64,000 bases of DNA from the human T2T-CHM13v2.0 reference genome, Homo sapiens. Each line of letters begins with the position of its first letter. Position 1 is the first letter of the stretch. A program made the translations under genes and the position numbers. Shown piece by piece: positions 42,321-56,129 of this stretch. Below the pieces are notes generated by a model. The model did not search any database and was not told the DNA's origin. It was given only the letters and a program-made list of their open reading frames with translations. The stretch lies in assembly GCF_009914755.1 (NCBI RefSeq), contig NC_060929.1. The stretch is one strand, 5' to 3'.

Positions 42321-44571
42321 GGAACCTGCTGATTAAAACATATGTTCCTGTGCATGCATACATGTGTAAATACACACCCACACACCCCCACACACATACA
42401 CACACTTGTCTTACCTGCTGAAATGTGGAGAGTCTATAGAAGGGAAAGGAGAGAATACAAATTGGGAGACAATCCCGCAGTACTTGCCACAACATTTTTA
42501 CTGCATTGTATTAACTTTACCCAGGAAATGAAAAAAATGTAAAACTTCTCAAATAATTAATAATATACTATGTAATCTCTAGGTTGCAGGAACACATAAT
42601 CCAGTTGGGTAGAAGAGCCAAACAGTAAAGCTAGATTTCCTCACCTCTCTCTCCAACTTCAATTTCAACTAGTATATGGACTTCATGCTCCAAGCATTGA
42701 CATTTTTCTGAAGATATCATGTCATTTCACCATCTCATGTTTTTGCAAATGCTGTTCCAACTTCATAACGTTCCATTTCCACATTTCTATCTGCAAAATT
42801 TTCTTCATCCCTCAAGACCAAAGTAAAGTGATAATACCTAATACAGACCTTGGTTCACAAAGATACTCAATAAATGGTGCTGAATGAATGAGTTTAGAAA
42901 CAAAGATAAAGCTGATATGATTCTACATCAATGATGCAAATGCATAAATCCTGGTAGGTTCAAAGTGAGAGAGAGGGCTCAGAATCAGCAATCATGATGG
43001 AGAGGTACCATTATTAAAAATTGAACAAAGTTTTTTTGAGTGGCAGAAAGAGAATGAAAGCTATTTTAAAGGAATAACACAAACAATTTGGAAGCATATG
43101 ACATATTTATTTCCTTCATACTTAATATTTGTATTCTGCCTAACACTCATGATTACATTACAATAAAAAATTTTCATTTGTACTGAAATGTCATTTATGC
43201 CACTATGATATATTTATTAAGAAATGATCTGATGCATAAGGTTGGTGACCTTTGTTTGCTCGAAGAAAAAACATTTGTTTCCTTCACAATTAAGTGGATT
43301 TTCCAGATCAAAGTCTCCTGATACATTGTTGATAAGTTCATTTCTAACTCTGTTAACATTTAACACCCATCCTGGATATTTATAAAACAAAAATAAATTT
43401 AAAATATTAATATTTTACATTAACAACAAAGTCCATTTGGAATAAACTTGTCTCCCAAGACCATTAGTCTAAAATGTTGAGGATGTCAATATTTACATAG
43501 CATACTAACAATGACATGAATAATTTAGAACAGAAATAATAAAGTCAAAAAGTTACCTGAGTCATGTCAAGGTAAAAGTTTATGAAAATGAGACAAATTG
43601 ATAACTGCATTGGATTGATGTGTTCTACAGTTCAGAAAACATTCCTTTATTAATAAAGTTCATTTTTTCTATTCCAAACATTCTCTGCATAGCTTTGTGA
43701 TAGTTCCAATATTTTCCACTAATGTGGAAAATGCCAGTCCAAGCCAGAGATTTCTTGCTGTAAGGTTAGGAGACCTAATCTTAGCCTTGGGATTGCCTCT
43801 GCCTGTAACTCCCTTACTGGAAGACTGAACATATTAGTGGGTCTGCTGAGCTTCTGCTTCATCCTCTACAATGTGAGGAGAGTACGGAGGGGAGTCATGA
43901 TCTCTAGAGTCAGCTTGTGCAGCTCAGGAATTCTGTGAGTCTGTGAGTACTTTCACAAGCTCCTCTGGGTACCTAGGAGAGGATTCCCTTTTTGGAGGAA
44001 TTTCTCTAAGGCTTGGTCAAGAGTGAATCTCCAGGCCTTGGACTGGTTACCTAAATCTCAGGTCAGCAAATCATTCAATGATAATTTTTATAAAAAGGTA
44101 ATATCATGACTCACACAAATATAAAATGATCTCTTGCAAAATATTTTGTTTAACTGATTAACTACTGAGGGATCCAGTAAGATACTGATCTCACATCCAT
44201 AGGTCAATCAGAATTCTGAAATGTATTTATTTTAAAAAGCAAAACTCTAGGGAAAAAAAACACATAAACTAGAGAATATATTTGCAGCACATTTTATGAA
44301 TAAAGGGCTGGTTTTCTTGATATATAAATATCAATAACTAACAAAAGAACTAAAGAACTAAGAATGTAAGAGCCCTAGAAATGACTGAAACCTCTGATCT
44401 CTTCCATATGGAGTATCACATTAACCAAGGACAATTAAAGGTATTTCTAAAAGTACAGAACATAGGAGGCAAGTTTCATATAAAGCTATCCATATAAACC
44501 TATTTCACATAAAGACAACAAAAAATGAGAATCAAAAACATTTCAGCTGATGAAAACTCTCTGACTTTACC

Positions 44572-44824
44572 TGCTAGGGTCTGAATATTTTTGTCCCCCG
44601 CCATTCATATGTTAAACTTAATCCGCAATGTAATAGTGTTAAGGAGTGGAGCCTTTGGGAGGTAATTGGCCATAAGGACTAAATCTTTTTATAAAAAGAG
44701 GTCTGAGTGAGTTTATTCATCCCTTCCAACATGTGAGGACACAAAGAAGGAGCCATCTATGACAAAATGGGCCCACACTAGACACCAAATATGCTAGTGT
44801 CTTGAGTTTGGACTTCCAAACCTC
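44572..44824 (+). mobile_element. MLT1A/MSTD-like MaLR LTR (3' truncated)
   Basis: 'tgctagggtctgaatatttttgtcccc...gcctttgggaggtaatt...atgtgaggacac...ttggacttcca'. Confidence 0.8.
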
Positions 44825-45596
44825 AAATAAATAAATAAAATTAAAAAAATAAAAAGCAAAACTCTCTTTTCATGAAGTAATAATTGCATTTCATCAAATG
44901 AGTTTCATTTGCATTTCTACAGATGAGAATTATTTGCATTTTTATGTTTTCTACAATGTACAGTTGTAAAACAGATCAAAAGCACTGAAAGGCGGATATA
45001 ATGCAGAGGAACACATAAGATATAAAACTTAGTAATATTTTACTAGTATTGTTTACAGGCTTTCACAATTTTTCTCGACAGAGTTTGTTCAACTTAATTA
45101 GAAAACATTATCCTTTTTCTCCTAAGTTATTTAATAACCTTGCAACATTTAAGACATCTATTTCCTAACAATATAAATATCATTGAAAGTTTTAAATTTG
45201 GAGATATAAGGACTTTCATTTCATTTTTAAAAAGTTGTGTTTATTTTAGACGGAATCTTTTGTTCAAACAAAATGTCAATCACAGAAAGGTAGAGGTGAC
45301 CTGGTTAAAGTTGGAGGTTTGAAGAATCAGTATCAGAGTCTCCTCAAGCTCTTTCCTTATTCCTGAGGTGGCTCCTACGTTTTAAAAATTATGTAAGTAA
45401 AGTTTTGTCTCATTTTGGAGTGAGACAGACATTAATTCAACCCCATTCTACTTAATTGTTATACAATCTTTGGCCATGTGTTTTGACTAACTTCTGTTTA
45501 GGATGTTAAGAGAATCATAATAATTGTGTCTTAATGTTGCTGTAAGAACATTAAGGTATTAGGTATTAGATATAAATATAGATACAGATAGATACA

Positions 45597-46345
<749 letters not shown>

Positions 46346-46829
46346 AAACAAACACAAAAAAATGTGCTATAGTGTCTAATCCTTACTCATAATAAGGAGT
46401 ATATAAAAGTTATCTCATCATTATGATTGGTATTTTATTTTACTTCTTTAATATTTCATTTTACTTACTACTAACAATAAATTCACACTGCTAGTTAGTT
46501 ATGAAACTAAATCTCTCCTTGTATCTAGATTTTCTGGCTCCTAATCTGATACTCTTAATGAGATCTCATATATTTAACTTTTTTTAGAGATCTCTTCTCT
46601 CTCAGATGCTTGGGCACATGACTTTATTCTAGCAATTCCTTACCTGGTATGCTTCCAACAAATCACAATTAGTAATGTAATTTTAAAATAACAATTACAA
46701 TTTTTTGCACACATTGATAACTAATTTTTTGGTGATTACCAAGTGTCTATAGGAGTGTCTCAGTCAGGGTACTTATCTAATAATTATTTTTTAAATGAAT
46801 AAACATATGTAAAATGTGAACACATAAAT

Positions 46830-49800
46830 TCATCTCTCTTCCTTCCTGTAGTCCCATTGAAATGACATTATATAAACAGACAAATCATAAACCCACGAAC
46901 TATTGGAAGGAAAAACATAAAAGAATAAGATGCCAACAAAATTTTTTAAACTGGACACCTGGCAATAGATTTAGGTGAGTCAGAAAAGACTAAAGCCTGT
47001 CTTGTAAAGGAGGAAGTAGAGTCTTGCCACACTGAAAAATCCCAAAAGGCTCAGGAAGTGGAAACATCAGATACCTCTAAAGACCAAGGGCCAAAGGGGA
47101 GCTGAAAACACGAGATAAATGTCTTTTAAAAAGAACAATTAGATGTACAGATTTCAAACTAGGCAAACAATGGACTCACCAACTCACAACAAGGCAAAAT
47201 ATGGTTAGTTAGCTTTCTGGAGTCTTAAGTCAGGGAAGAAACAGAACTTAGACTATTCATAGCTATAGGTAGGGTAATAAGCCATACTGAGCAGAAAGAT
47301 TAGGAATAAGGCTGCTTTCCAGTCTGTTTGCACAGAACTGTTTTTCATCATTTTGGAACCTCACAATTATAGGAAGTAGGCAAAGAACACCAGTTATATG
47401 AGGAATGACCCTTACATGAAAGTCTGAGAGGAAAACAAACAAACGAAAAACAGAGAAAACATAAAACGCAGAAAGACAGAGAATGTTTAAGAAGAAACTA
47501 TGATTCTCAAAGAGACAAGAGAAGTATTGTGATTACAATATAAGAACACAGGTAAGATATTGCAATTACAAAATAAAAACAAGACTAGGGAGAAACTGGT
47601 TTCTCCCTGCTCATTCTCACATAGCGTAACTGTAAATCCTGGAAATAATGGAAGATACAACACAGGTGAATTCCAAAACGTAGCAAGAAAGAAGAACTGA
47701 TTTGGGAAGCCAAAACTGGAGGAACAACACAGCATCAGGGCATCCTATGTCTCCCTCCTCAACAGGAGATGATGACTCAAACGCAGCACTTCCAATTCCC
47801 AAACCTAGCAACAGAAAGCAGCCCACATAGGAAGATTCTTCCCCAGGAGAAGAGTATCTTTGACAAAATTGTCAGCCCTAAATCACCACAAGCAGGATTG
47901 ATTGGACGCTCCACCCACAATGAGCTGCCAGGGAAAGTGATCTTCTTTTCCAATGAGCCTGAGACCCTCTTTTCTACCAAGAAATTGGAGGTAGGAGGTA
48001 GGAGGTAGGCAGGTAGAGCTGGAAGGAAGGACCAAGTCTCAACAAGTGAACTGGCCTTGAGAAGCCTCTTTGATCCCACAGGCCTGAGACTCCCCTCCTC
48101 TGACCAGAAACACTAGAACAGCCAAGGGATACCCATGAGAGGATACCACCACCCCCTCCACCCACAAGAGACACTCACATTCCCTCAGGCAGCACCAGCA
48201 GGGGTGAGTGGAAGCCCCACCTGCACCAGATAAACCAAGCAGACCAAAATAACATCGCAAAGGTTCTGAAAAACTGTCATTGGGACCATAGCCCAGAAAA
48301 ATAGGCAGAGAGCTGTGTGCTAACCCTAAACAGGGTGACTACCTGGTAATATAAAAGATTTAAGTAGGACCCAGGGTCACATAATATAATAAATAAGTGT
48401 CCAGCATATAATCAAAAATCACCTGTCATATGAAGAACCAAGAAAAATCACAACTTGAATGAAAAATGACCATCAATGGATATTAACTTCATAGTAAATC
48501 AGATGTTGAAATTATCTAACAAGAATCTTAAAACAACTGTCATAAAAATAGTTCAGTAATCTGTTATAAATCTCTAGGAACTAATGAAAAAATAGAAAAT
48601 CTCAGAAAATAATTAGAAGTTACAAAAAAGAACCAAATGCAATTTATAAACCTGAAAAAATGCACTAAAAAACACCAAACAGCTCACTGGATAGGCTCCA
48701 TAGTAGAGTGGAGATGATGGAGGATACGATCCGTGAATCTGAAAACAGAACAGTGGAATTCACACAATCGGAAAAAGAACAGACTAAAAAAAATGCTCAA
48801 AAGAGCCTCAGGGACCTTTAAGACAATAATAAAAGATCAAAGCAATAGACATGTAGATCAACGAAACCCAGCAGAAAAACAATAGTCCCACACGAACATA
48901 CCTTCTCATTTTACAAAAGTAGAGCCATTCAGTGGAGGAAGAATAACATTTTTACCAAATGCTGCTGGAACAACTGGACATCTGTAGACAAGTGCATGAA
49001 CTTTGTCCCAAACCTCATCCTTTAAACAAAAATTAACTCAAAATGGACTATGTACATTTTATAGTTTTAAATATAAAACTGTAAAACATTTAGAAAAAAT
49101 ATAGAAGAAAATATTCAGTATCTAGAGCTAAGCAACAAGTTCTTAGAGTTGACACCAAATCGTAATCTGTAAAAAAGATTGATAACTTGGGCTTCATCAT
49201 CTGCACTCAATAAGAAAAAAGTAATTGAATTAGCAGATGGGCAAAATACATGAAGATATTGCAATGAAGAATACATATAGACTGAAAAGAAGCACATGAA
49301 GATGTTCAGCTTTATAGTCATCAGGGAATTGCAAATTACAACCACAGCACTACATACCTCTATGGAAGACTAAAATAACAAATGGTGACAACACCAAATT
49401 CTGGTGAGGATGAAGAGAAACTGAATCAACACATACATTACTGGTGCAAACGTAAGAATGCAAGAAACAGTTTGAAAACAGTTCAGTAGTTTCTTTTAAA
49501 ACTAAATAGGCAATCACCATGCAACCTAGCACCTGCACTCTTGGACAATTATATCAGAAAAATAAAACCTTACATTCACATAAAAATCTGTGTATGAATG
49601 TTCATAACAGCTTTATTTGTAACAGCTAAGAACTGGCATCAGCCCAGGTGCCATTCAACAGGTGAACAGTTAAGGACATGGTGGTCTATTCATACCATGG
49701 ACTATTAGCAATAAAAAGGCATGAACTATGCACACAACAACTCCGATGAATCACAAAGGCATTATCCTTAGTGAACAAAGGAAGTCTTGGAAAACATACA

Positions 49801-51530
49801 TATTGTATGATTATACTTAAGTAACATTTTTAAGAGATAAAAATTGTAGCAACATAGGTTAGAGAAGTAAGAGGATGTAAGTTTGGTTATAAAAGGGTAA
49901 TATATGAGCCACCCTCGTGGTGATGAAACTTGACTGTGGTGGTAGAAACACAAACCTACACATATGATACAATTATGTAGAACCAAACACACACTCACAT
50001 ATGCACTCATACACAAGCACAATGAAAACTGGCTGAATTGGAATTAGTTTGGTGGATTATATCAATGTCAATGACTGTAATATTATACTATAGATTAATA
50101 AAATGTTACCATTAGTCCTAAATAATGTATGCACAACTTTCTGTATTTTTTCTTAAAACTGCATATGAATCTAAATTATTGCAATCAAAATTTTGAAATA
50201 AAAAGAACAGAAGGCTACATAAAAAGAACATTCAAAAACCAGAAAAATATCTAGAAAATTACAAATGAGATATTGGTAATTCAAATAAAAAATCAACAGA
50301 AAAGTTGAGGCAAAAATGGAAGGAAAAACGAATGATTCAGCAGCTCTTTCCAGGCAGTCAAACAAACAAATAATATAAAACCAGAAAAAGTGATCCGAGA
50401 AAATAAAGAGAGGAAATTATTAGATACAACAACAAACATTGCTAGCATTGAAGACTTCAGTCTCCAGAATAAACATTATATATAAATGCACAGAACAATG
50501 AATAAGAGAGACCAGCAACAAGGCACACCATTATAATTTTTCAGAAACACTAAAAATAAAGACAGGAGTCTGAAATAGTTTATGTGGAAAAAAAAAAACC
50601 CTAGGTCACATAAAAGATTAGTAATCAATATGACATTATAATTTTCATATAGAAGCTAAAATATGTAAAATAATAAAATCTCAAGACCCCAAACTTAACT
50701 ATACCAAAAGGAAAGTTAAGGTGGGGAACTGAGTCATGGAAAAAAACAAAACAAAAACATAACTTCCTTTTGTTCCCGAATAGATAGATGTAACTTCACA
50801 TGCTGACTTTAATCTTATGTAAAATTAGATTTACTGAGAAAGAGAAGTATACATAGTTGACTTCCTCCCACTTCCATCTTTTCACATGTAAAGTGTAAAT
50901 TCACTGAGTGCTAATCAAAGCCTCACAGGAATGAAACCACTTGCCCCATTGCCTACCCTCCCCATTTTTTCTTTCTTCCCATTTTACCCTTTAAATATTG
51001 AAGTTCTCAAAATCCACTTTGGAAAAAGCACAAGACACAAATCTTATGTGTCTTGTACTTCTTTTTCCCTGAGCACGTCCTCAACTTTGGCAACATAAAC
51101 CTATAAATCAATTGAGATTTGCATTGGTCACTTAGTTTACAGAGACAATCAGGTAATTGCCTACAAAATTTCAAGGGGAAATGAAATGCAGTCTAGAATT
51201 CTACACTCAGCTAGACTACCATCAAATTAAGAATGGAATAGTAGAATTTTTAGACATTTATGCTCCCAAAAAATGTAACCTGCCCTGCAATCTTTTTTAG
51301 GAAGCTGCTAAAGAATGTGCTTGACTAAAACAAGGCAATAAGCAAAAGGAAGTCATAGCATCCAGAAAATGGGATCCATCATGCGCACAAAGAAAAGGTG
51401 AAGAAAATTTCCAGGATGTTCAGAACCCACCAAAAACGAAAGATTCTGGTCCAGATCAGAAGAGAGGGAAACACTCTGAAAAAGTCCCTCAAATACAAAA
51501 TTAAACAGAGTTTAAATGATGTGCTTGACC
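46830..51530 (+). mobile_element. Composite of old L1M pieces: an L1MC-like element (~47590-50200) within older L1ME/HAL1-like sequence
   Basis: ORF1-like A-rich segments (48450-48840), ORF2-end motifs (48845-49700) and an L1MC-type 3' UTR ending near 50200; boundaries uncertain. Confidence 0.65.
50664..51141 (+). mobile_element. ERV1 MER4-group solo LTR (MER83/MER84-like)
   Basis: TG...CA ends; 'aaaatctcaagaccccaaact...gggaactgagtca...ccttttgttcc...tttggaaaaagcaca...gtcctcaactttggc'. Confidence 0.75.
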
Positions 51531-51962
51531 ACAAAAAAAGGCTTCTTGCTCTGTAAGATTTCTGGAATTAATTAGTGATAAGCAAAGATAAATATAAGCA
51601 AATCATCACAACAGAGTGAACACATTCCAGTAGACCACATGGATGAGCTTTGGAAAATACAGATATACGCATAATGTAATCCCTTAATTTCTGGGAGGCT
51701 GGAGGGAGGGAAAGTTTGAGAAGGTAAAATGTGTGTGTTAAGAGTGGGAGTGGGTAATATGGTTAGGCTTTGTGTTCCCACACAAATCTCATCTGGAATT
51801 GTAATCCCCATAATCCCCACTTATCAAGGGAGAAACCAGGTGGAGATAACTGAATCATTGGAGGCAGTTTCCCCCATGCTATTCCTCTGATAGTGAATTC
51901 TCATGAGATCCAATGATTTTATAACGGACTCTTCCCCCTTCACTCAGCACCTCCCTTCCTAC

Positions 51963-53088
51963 TGTGTCTGGAAATGGTGGGTTCTTGGTCTCACTGACTT
52001 CAAGAATGAAGCCGCGGACCCTCGCGGTGAATGTTACAGTTCTTAAAGGCAGCGTGTCCGGAGTTTGTTCCTTCTGATGTTCGGATGTGTTCAGAGTTTC
52101 TTCCTTCTGGTGGGTTCGTGGTCTCGCTGGCTCAGGAGTGAAGCTGCAGACCTTCCCGGTGAGTGTTACAGCTCATAAAGGCAGTGCAGACCCAAACAGT
52201 GAGCAGTAGCAAGATTTATTGCAGAGTGAAAGAACAAAGCTTCCACAGCGTGGAAGCGGACCCTGCAGGTTGTCACTGCTGGCTGGCGCAGCCTGCTTGT
52301 ATTCCCTTATCTGGCCCCACCCACATCCTGCTGATTGGTCCATTTTACAGAGAGCGGATTGGTCTTAGAGAGAGTTGATTGGTGTATTTACAATCCCTTA
52401 GCTAGACATAAAGGTTCTCCAAGTCCCCACTAGACTCAGGAGCCCAGCTGGCTTCACCTAGTGGATCCCGCACTACACTGGGGCTGCAGGCGGAGCTGCC
52501 TGCCAGTGCTGCGCTGTGCGCCTGCGCTCCTCAGCCCTTGGGCGGTAGATGGGATCGGGTGCCGCAGAGCAGGGGGCAGCACTCATCGGGGAGACTTGGG
52601 TCACACAGGAGCCCAATGCAGGAGGGGGAGGCTCAGGCATGGCGGGCTGCAGTCCCCGAGCCCTGCCCCACGGAGAGGCAGCGGAGGCCCCACAAGAATT
52701 CGAGCACTGCGCCGGCGGCTGGTGGCTGGTGGCCAGCACTGCTGGGGGACCTGGCGTACCCACCACAGCTGCTGGCCCGGGTGCTAAGCCCCTCACTGCC
52801 CCTGGCCGGGGGCTCCGAGTGCAGGGCCCACGGAGCCCACGCCCACCCGGAACTCAGTTGGCCTGCAAGTGCCGCCTGCAGCCTGGGTTCCCGCCCACGT
52901 CTCTCCCTCCACACCTCCCGGCAAGCTGAGGAAGCCAGCTCCAGCCTGGGCCACCCCAGAGACAGGCTCCCACAGTGCAGCGGTGGGCTGAACGGCCCCT
53001 TAAGCGCAGCCAGAGTGGGCGCTGAGGCCCAGGAGGCGCCAAGAGGGAGCGAGGGCTGCGAGGGCTGCCAGCACGCTGTCACCTCTCA
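51963..53088 (-). mobile_element. LTR12C-type (HERV9) solo LTR, CpG-rich
   Basis: Reverse complement begins tgagaggtgacagcgtgctggcag and ends gaacccacca.ttcc.gacaca; 4-bp TSD CTAC at 51959-51962 and 53089-53092. Confidence 0.95.
52215..52382 (-). promoter_or_regulatory. LTR12 core promoter/R region: three CCAAT boxes, GATA site, variant TATA-like box, poly(A) signal
   Basis: On the + strand: attgg at 52334, 52358 and 52378; ttatc at 52307; ttgtatt at 52297-52303 (AATACAA on the minus strand); tttatt at 52215-52220. Confidence 0.65.
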
Positions 53089-53175
53089 CTACCACCTTGT
53101 AAAGAAGGTGCCTTGCTTGCCCTTCACATTCTGCCATGACTGTTAAGTTTCCTGAGGCCTTCCCAGCCATGCTGA

Positions 53176-53556
<381 letters not shown>

Positions 53557-55958
53557 TAGCAGTATGAAAATCGATTAATAAATAAATTCTTACTAGAGAC
53601 TGGGATGCTGCTATAAAGATACCCAAAAATGTGGAAGTGACTTTGGCACTGGGTAACAGGCAGAGGCTGGGACAGTGTGGAGGGCTAAGAAGACAGGAAG
53701 ATGTGGAAAAGTTGGGAACTTCCTAGAGACTTGTTGAATGGCATTGACCAAAACTCTGATAGTGGTGATATGGACAATGAAGTCCAGGCTGAGGTAGTCT
53801 TAGATGAAGATGAGGAACTTGTTGGGAACTGGAATAATGGTAACTCCTGCTATGCTTTAGAGACTAGTGGCATTTTTTTCCTGCTCTAGAGATTAGTGGA
53901 ACTTAGAACTTGTGAGACATAATTTACAGTATGTGGCAGAAGAAATTTCTAAGCAGCAAAGTATTCAAGAAGTGACTTGGGTGCTCATAAAAGCATTCAG
54001 TTGTATGCATTCATAAAGAAATGGTTTGGAATTGGAACTTATGTTTAAAAGCAAAGCAGAGCATAAAAGTTTGGAAACTTTGCTGCCTGACAATATGATA
54101 GAAAGGAAAAACTCATTTTCTGAGGAGAAATTCAAGCCAGCTACAGAAATTTGCATAAGTAACCAGGAGCCAAATGTTAATCACCAAGGCAATGGGGAAA
54201 ATGTCTCTATGGCATGTCAGAGGGCTTCATGGCAGCCCCTCCCATCACAGACCACAGACCCAGAAGCCTAGCAGGGAAAAACGTGGGCCAGGCCCAGGGC
54301 CCTGCTGCTTTGTACAGTCTCAGAACTTGTGCCCTGTATCCCAGCTGTGGTTAAAAGGGGCCAATGTACAGCTCAGGCCACAGCTTCAGAGGGTGTAAAC
54401 CCAAAGCCTTGGCACTTCAATGTGTTGTTGGGTCTTTGGGTATGTAGAAGTCAAGAAGTGAGGTTTGGGAACCTCTGCCTAGCTTTCAGAGGAGGTATGG
54501 AAATGCCTGCATGTCCAGGCAGAAGTTTGCTGCAGGGGCGGAGCCCTCATGGAGAACCTCTGCTAGGGCAGTGGAGAAGGGTAATGTGGGGTTGTAGCCC
54601 CCACACAGAGTCCCCACTGGGGCACTGCCTAATGGAGCTGTGAGAAGAGGGCCACCATCCTCCAGACCCCAGATTGATAGATCCTCTGACACCTTGAACC
54701 TTGCACCTGGAAAAGCCACAGACACTCAACACCAGTCCATGAAAGCAGCCAGGAGAGAGGCTGTATCTTGCAAAGCCACAGGGACAGAGCTGCCTAAGAC
54801 CATGGGAGCCCACCTCTTGCCTCAGCATGACCTAGATGTGAGACATGAAGTCAAAGGGATCATTTTGGAGCTTTAAGATTTGACTGCCCTGCTGGATTTT
54901 GGATTTGCATGGGGCCTATAGTCCCTTGGTTTTGGCCAATTTCTCCCATTTGGAATGGGAAAATCTACCCAATGCCTGTACCCCCACTGTATCTTGGAAG
55001 TAACTAACTTGCTTTTGATTTTTCCAGGTTCATAGGCAGAAGGGACTTGTCTCAGATGAGACTTTGGACTTGGACTTTTGGGTTAACTCAGGGGACTGTT
55101 GGGAAGGCATGATTGGTTTTGAAATGTAAAAGAAACAGAAGATTTGGAGGAAGTCAGGGGCAGAATGATATGGTTAGGCTTTGTGTCACCACCCAAATCT
55201 CATTCTGAATTGTAATCCCCATAATCCCCACATGTGAAGGGAGAGACCAAGTGGAGATTACTGAATAATAGGGGTGGTTTTCCCTATGCTGTTCTCATGG
55301 TAGTGAGAGAGTTCTCATGAGACCTGATGGTTTTATCAGGGGCTCTTCCCCCTTTACTTCACTCTTCTCATTCCTGCCACCTTGTGAAGAAGGTGCCTTG
55401 CTTCCCCTTTGTCTTTTGCCATGATTATAAGTTTCCTGAGGCCTCCCCAGCTATGCTGAACTGTGAGTCAATTAAACCTCTTTCCATTATAAGTTACCAA
55501 GTCTTGGTCAGTTGTTTAAAGAGTATGAAAATGGACTACTACAGTGGGAATGGGAGATAAATTATGGTAAAAATGTCAAAGTATCATCTCTCTCGTAACA
55601 ATCAGTAGAATATACAAAAATTTTTAAATAGCCATAGCAATATATTTTTTATTTGATTTATTTTACCTTTCAATAGTATTGTTTTATTTACCACTGTTAT
55701 AAAATACTTTATATGAAAATAGATAGAATAGTATAATGAATCTCCATGTGCTCATCAAATATGGTGGTAAAGAGCAGAACAAACAAGTGTTAGAAATAGG
55801 GAGAGGTGGAGCAGGAACTGGTATTTTTAATTGTATGCCATTTAGCACTATCTTAAGTTTTAACTACTTATATGTCTTATTTTAATGACATAATTATATA
55901 AAAATAAGCATAATGCAAATAATTTTAGAAATTGACCAAGCATAAAAAGATTAAAATT

Positions 55959-56129
55959 GGCTGTGCATGGTGACTCACACCTATAATCCCAGCACTTTGG
56001 GAGTCTGAGGCAGAAAAATCGCTTGCACCCTGTAGTGGGAGTTGCAGTGAGCCGAGATCTCACCTCTCTCACCTCTGCACTCCAGCATTGTTGATAGAGT
56101 GAATAGGACTCCATCTCAAAAAATAAAAA
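55959..56129 (+). mobile_element. Monomeric Alu (left-arm/right-arm hybrid or FRAM-like)
   Basis: Left-arm 'cccagcactttgggag' runs directly into a right-arm 3' half and poly(A); perfect TSD aaagattaaaatt at 55946-55958 and 56132-56144. Confidence 0.9.

Noticed and set aside
47987-48016. (GGAGGTA)n and other short tandem duplications (15691, 21381, 36722, 44345, 58800)
   Set aside because: Ordinary slippage products with no unique spacers, so not CRISPR-like.
53701-54876. ORFs in the MaLR internal region
   Set aside because: Short frameshifted remnants of THE1/MST internal sequence; no intact frame.
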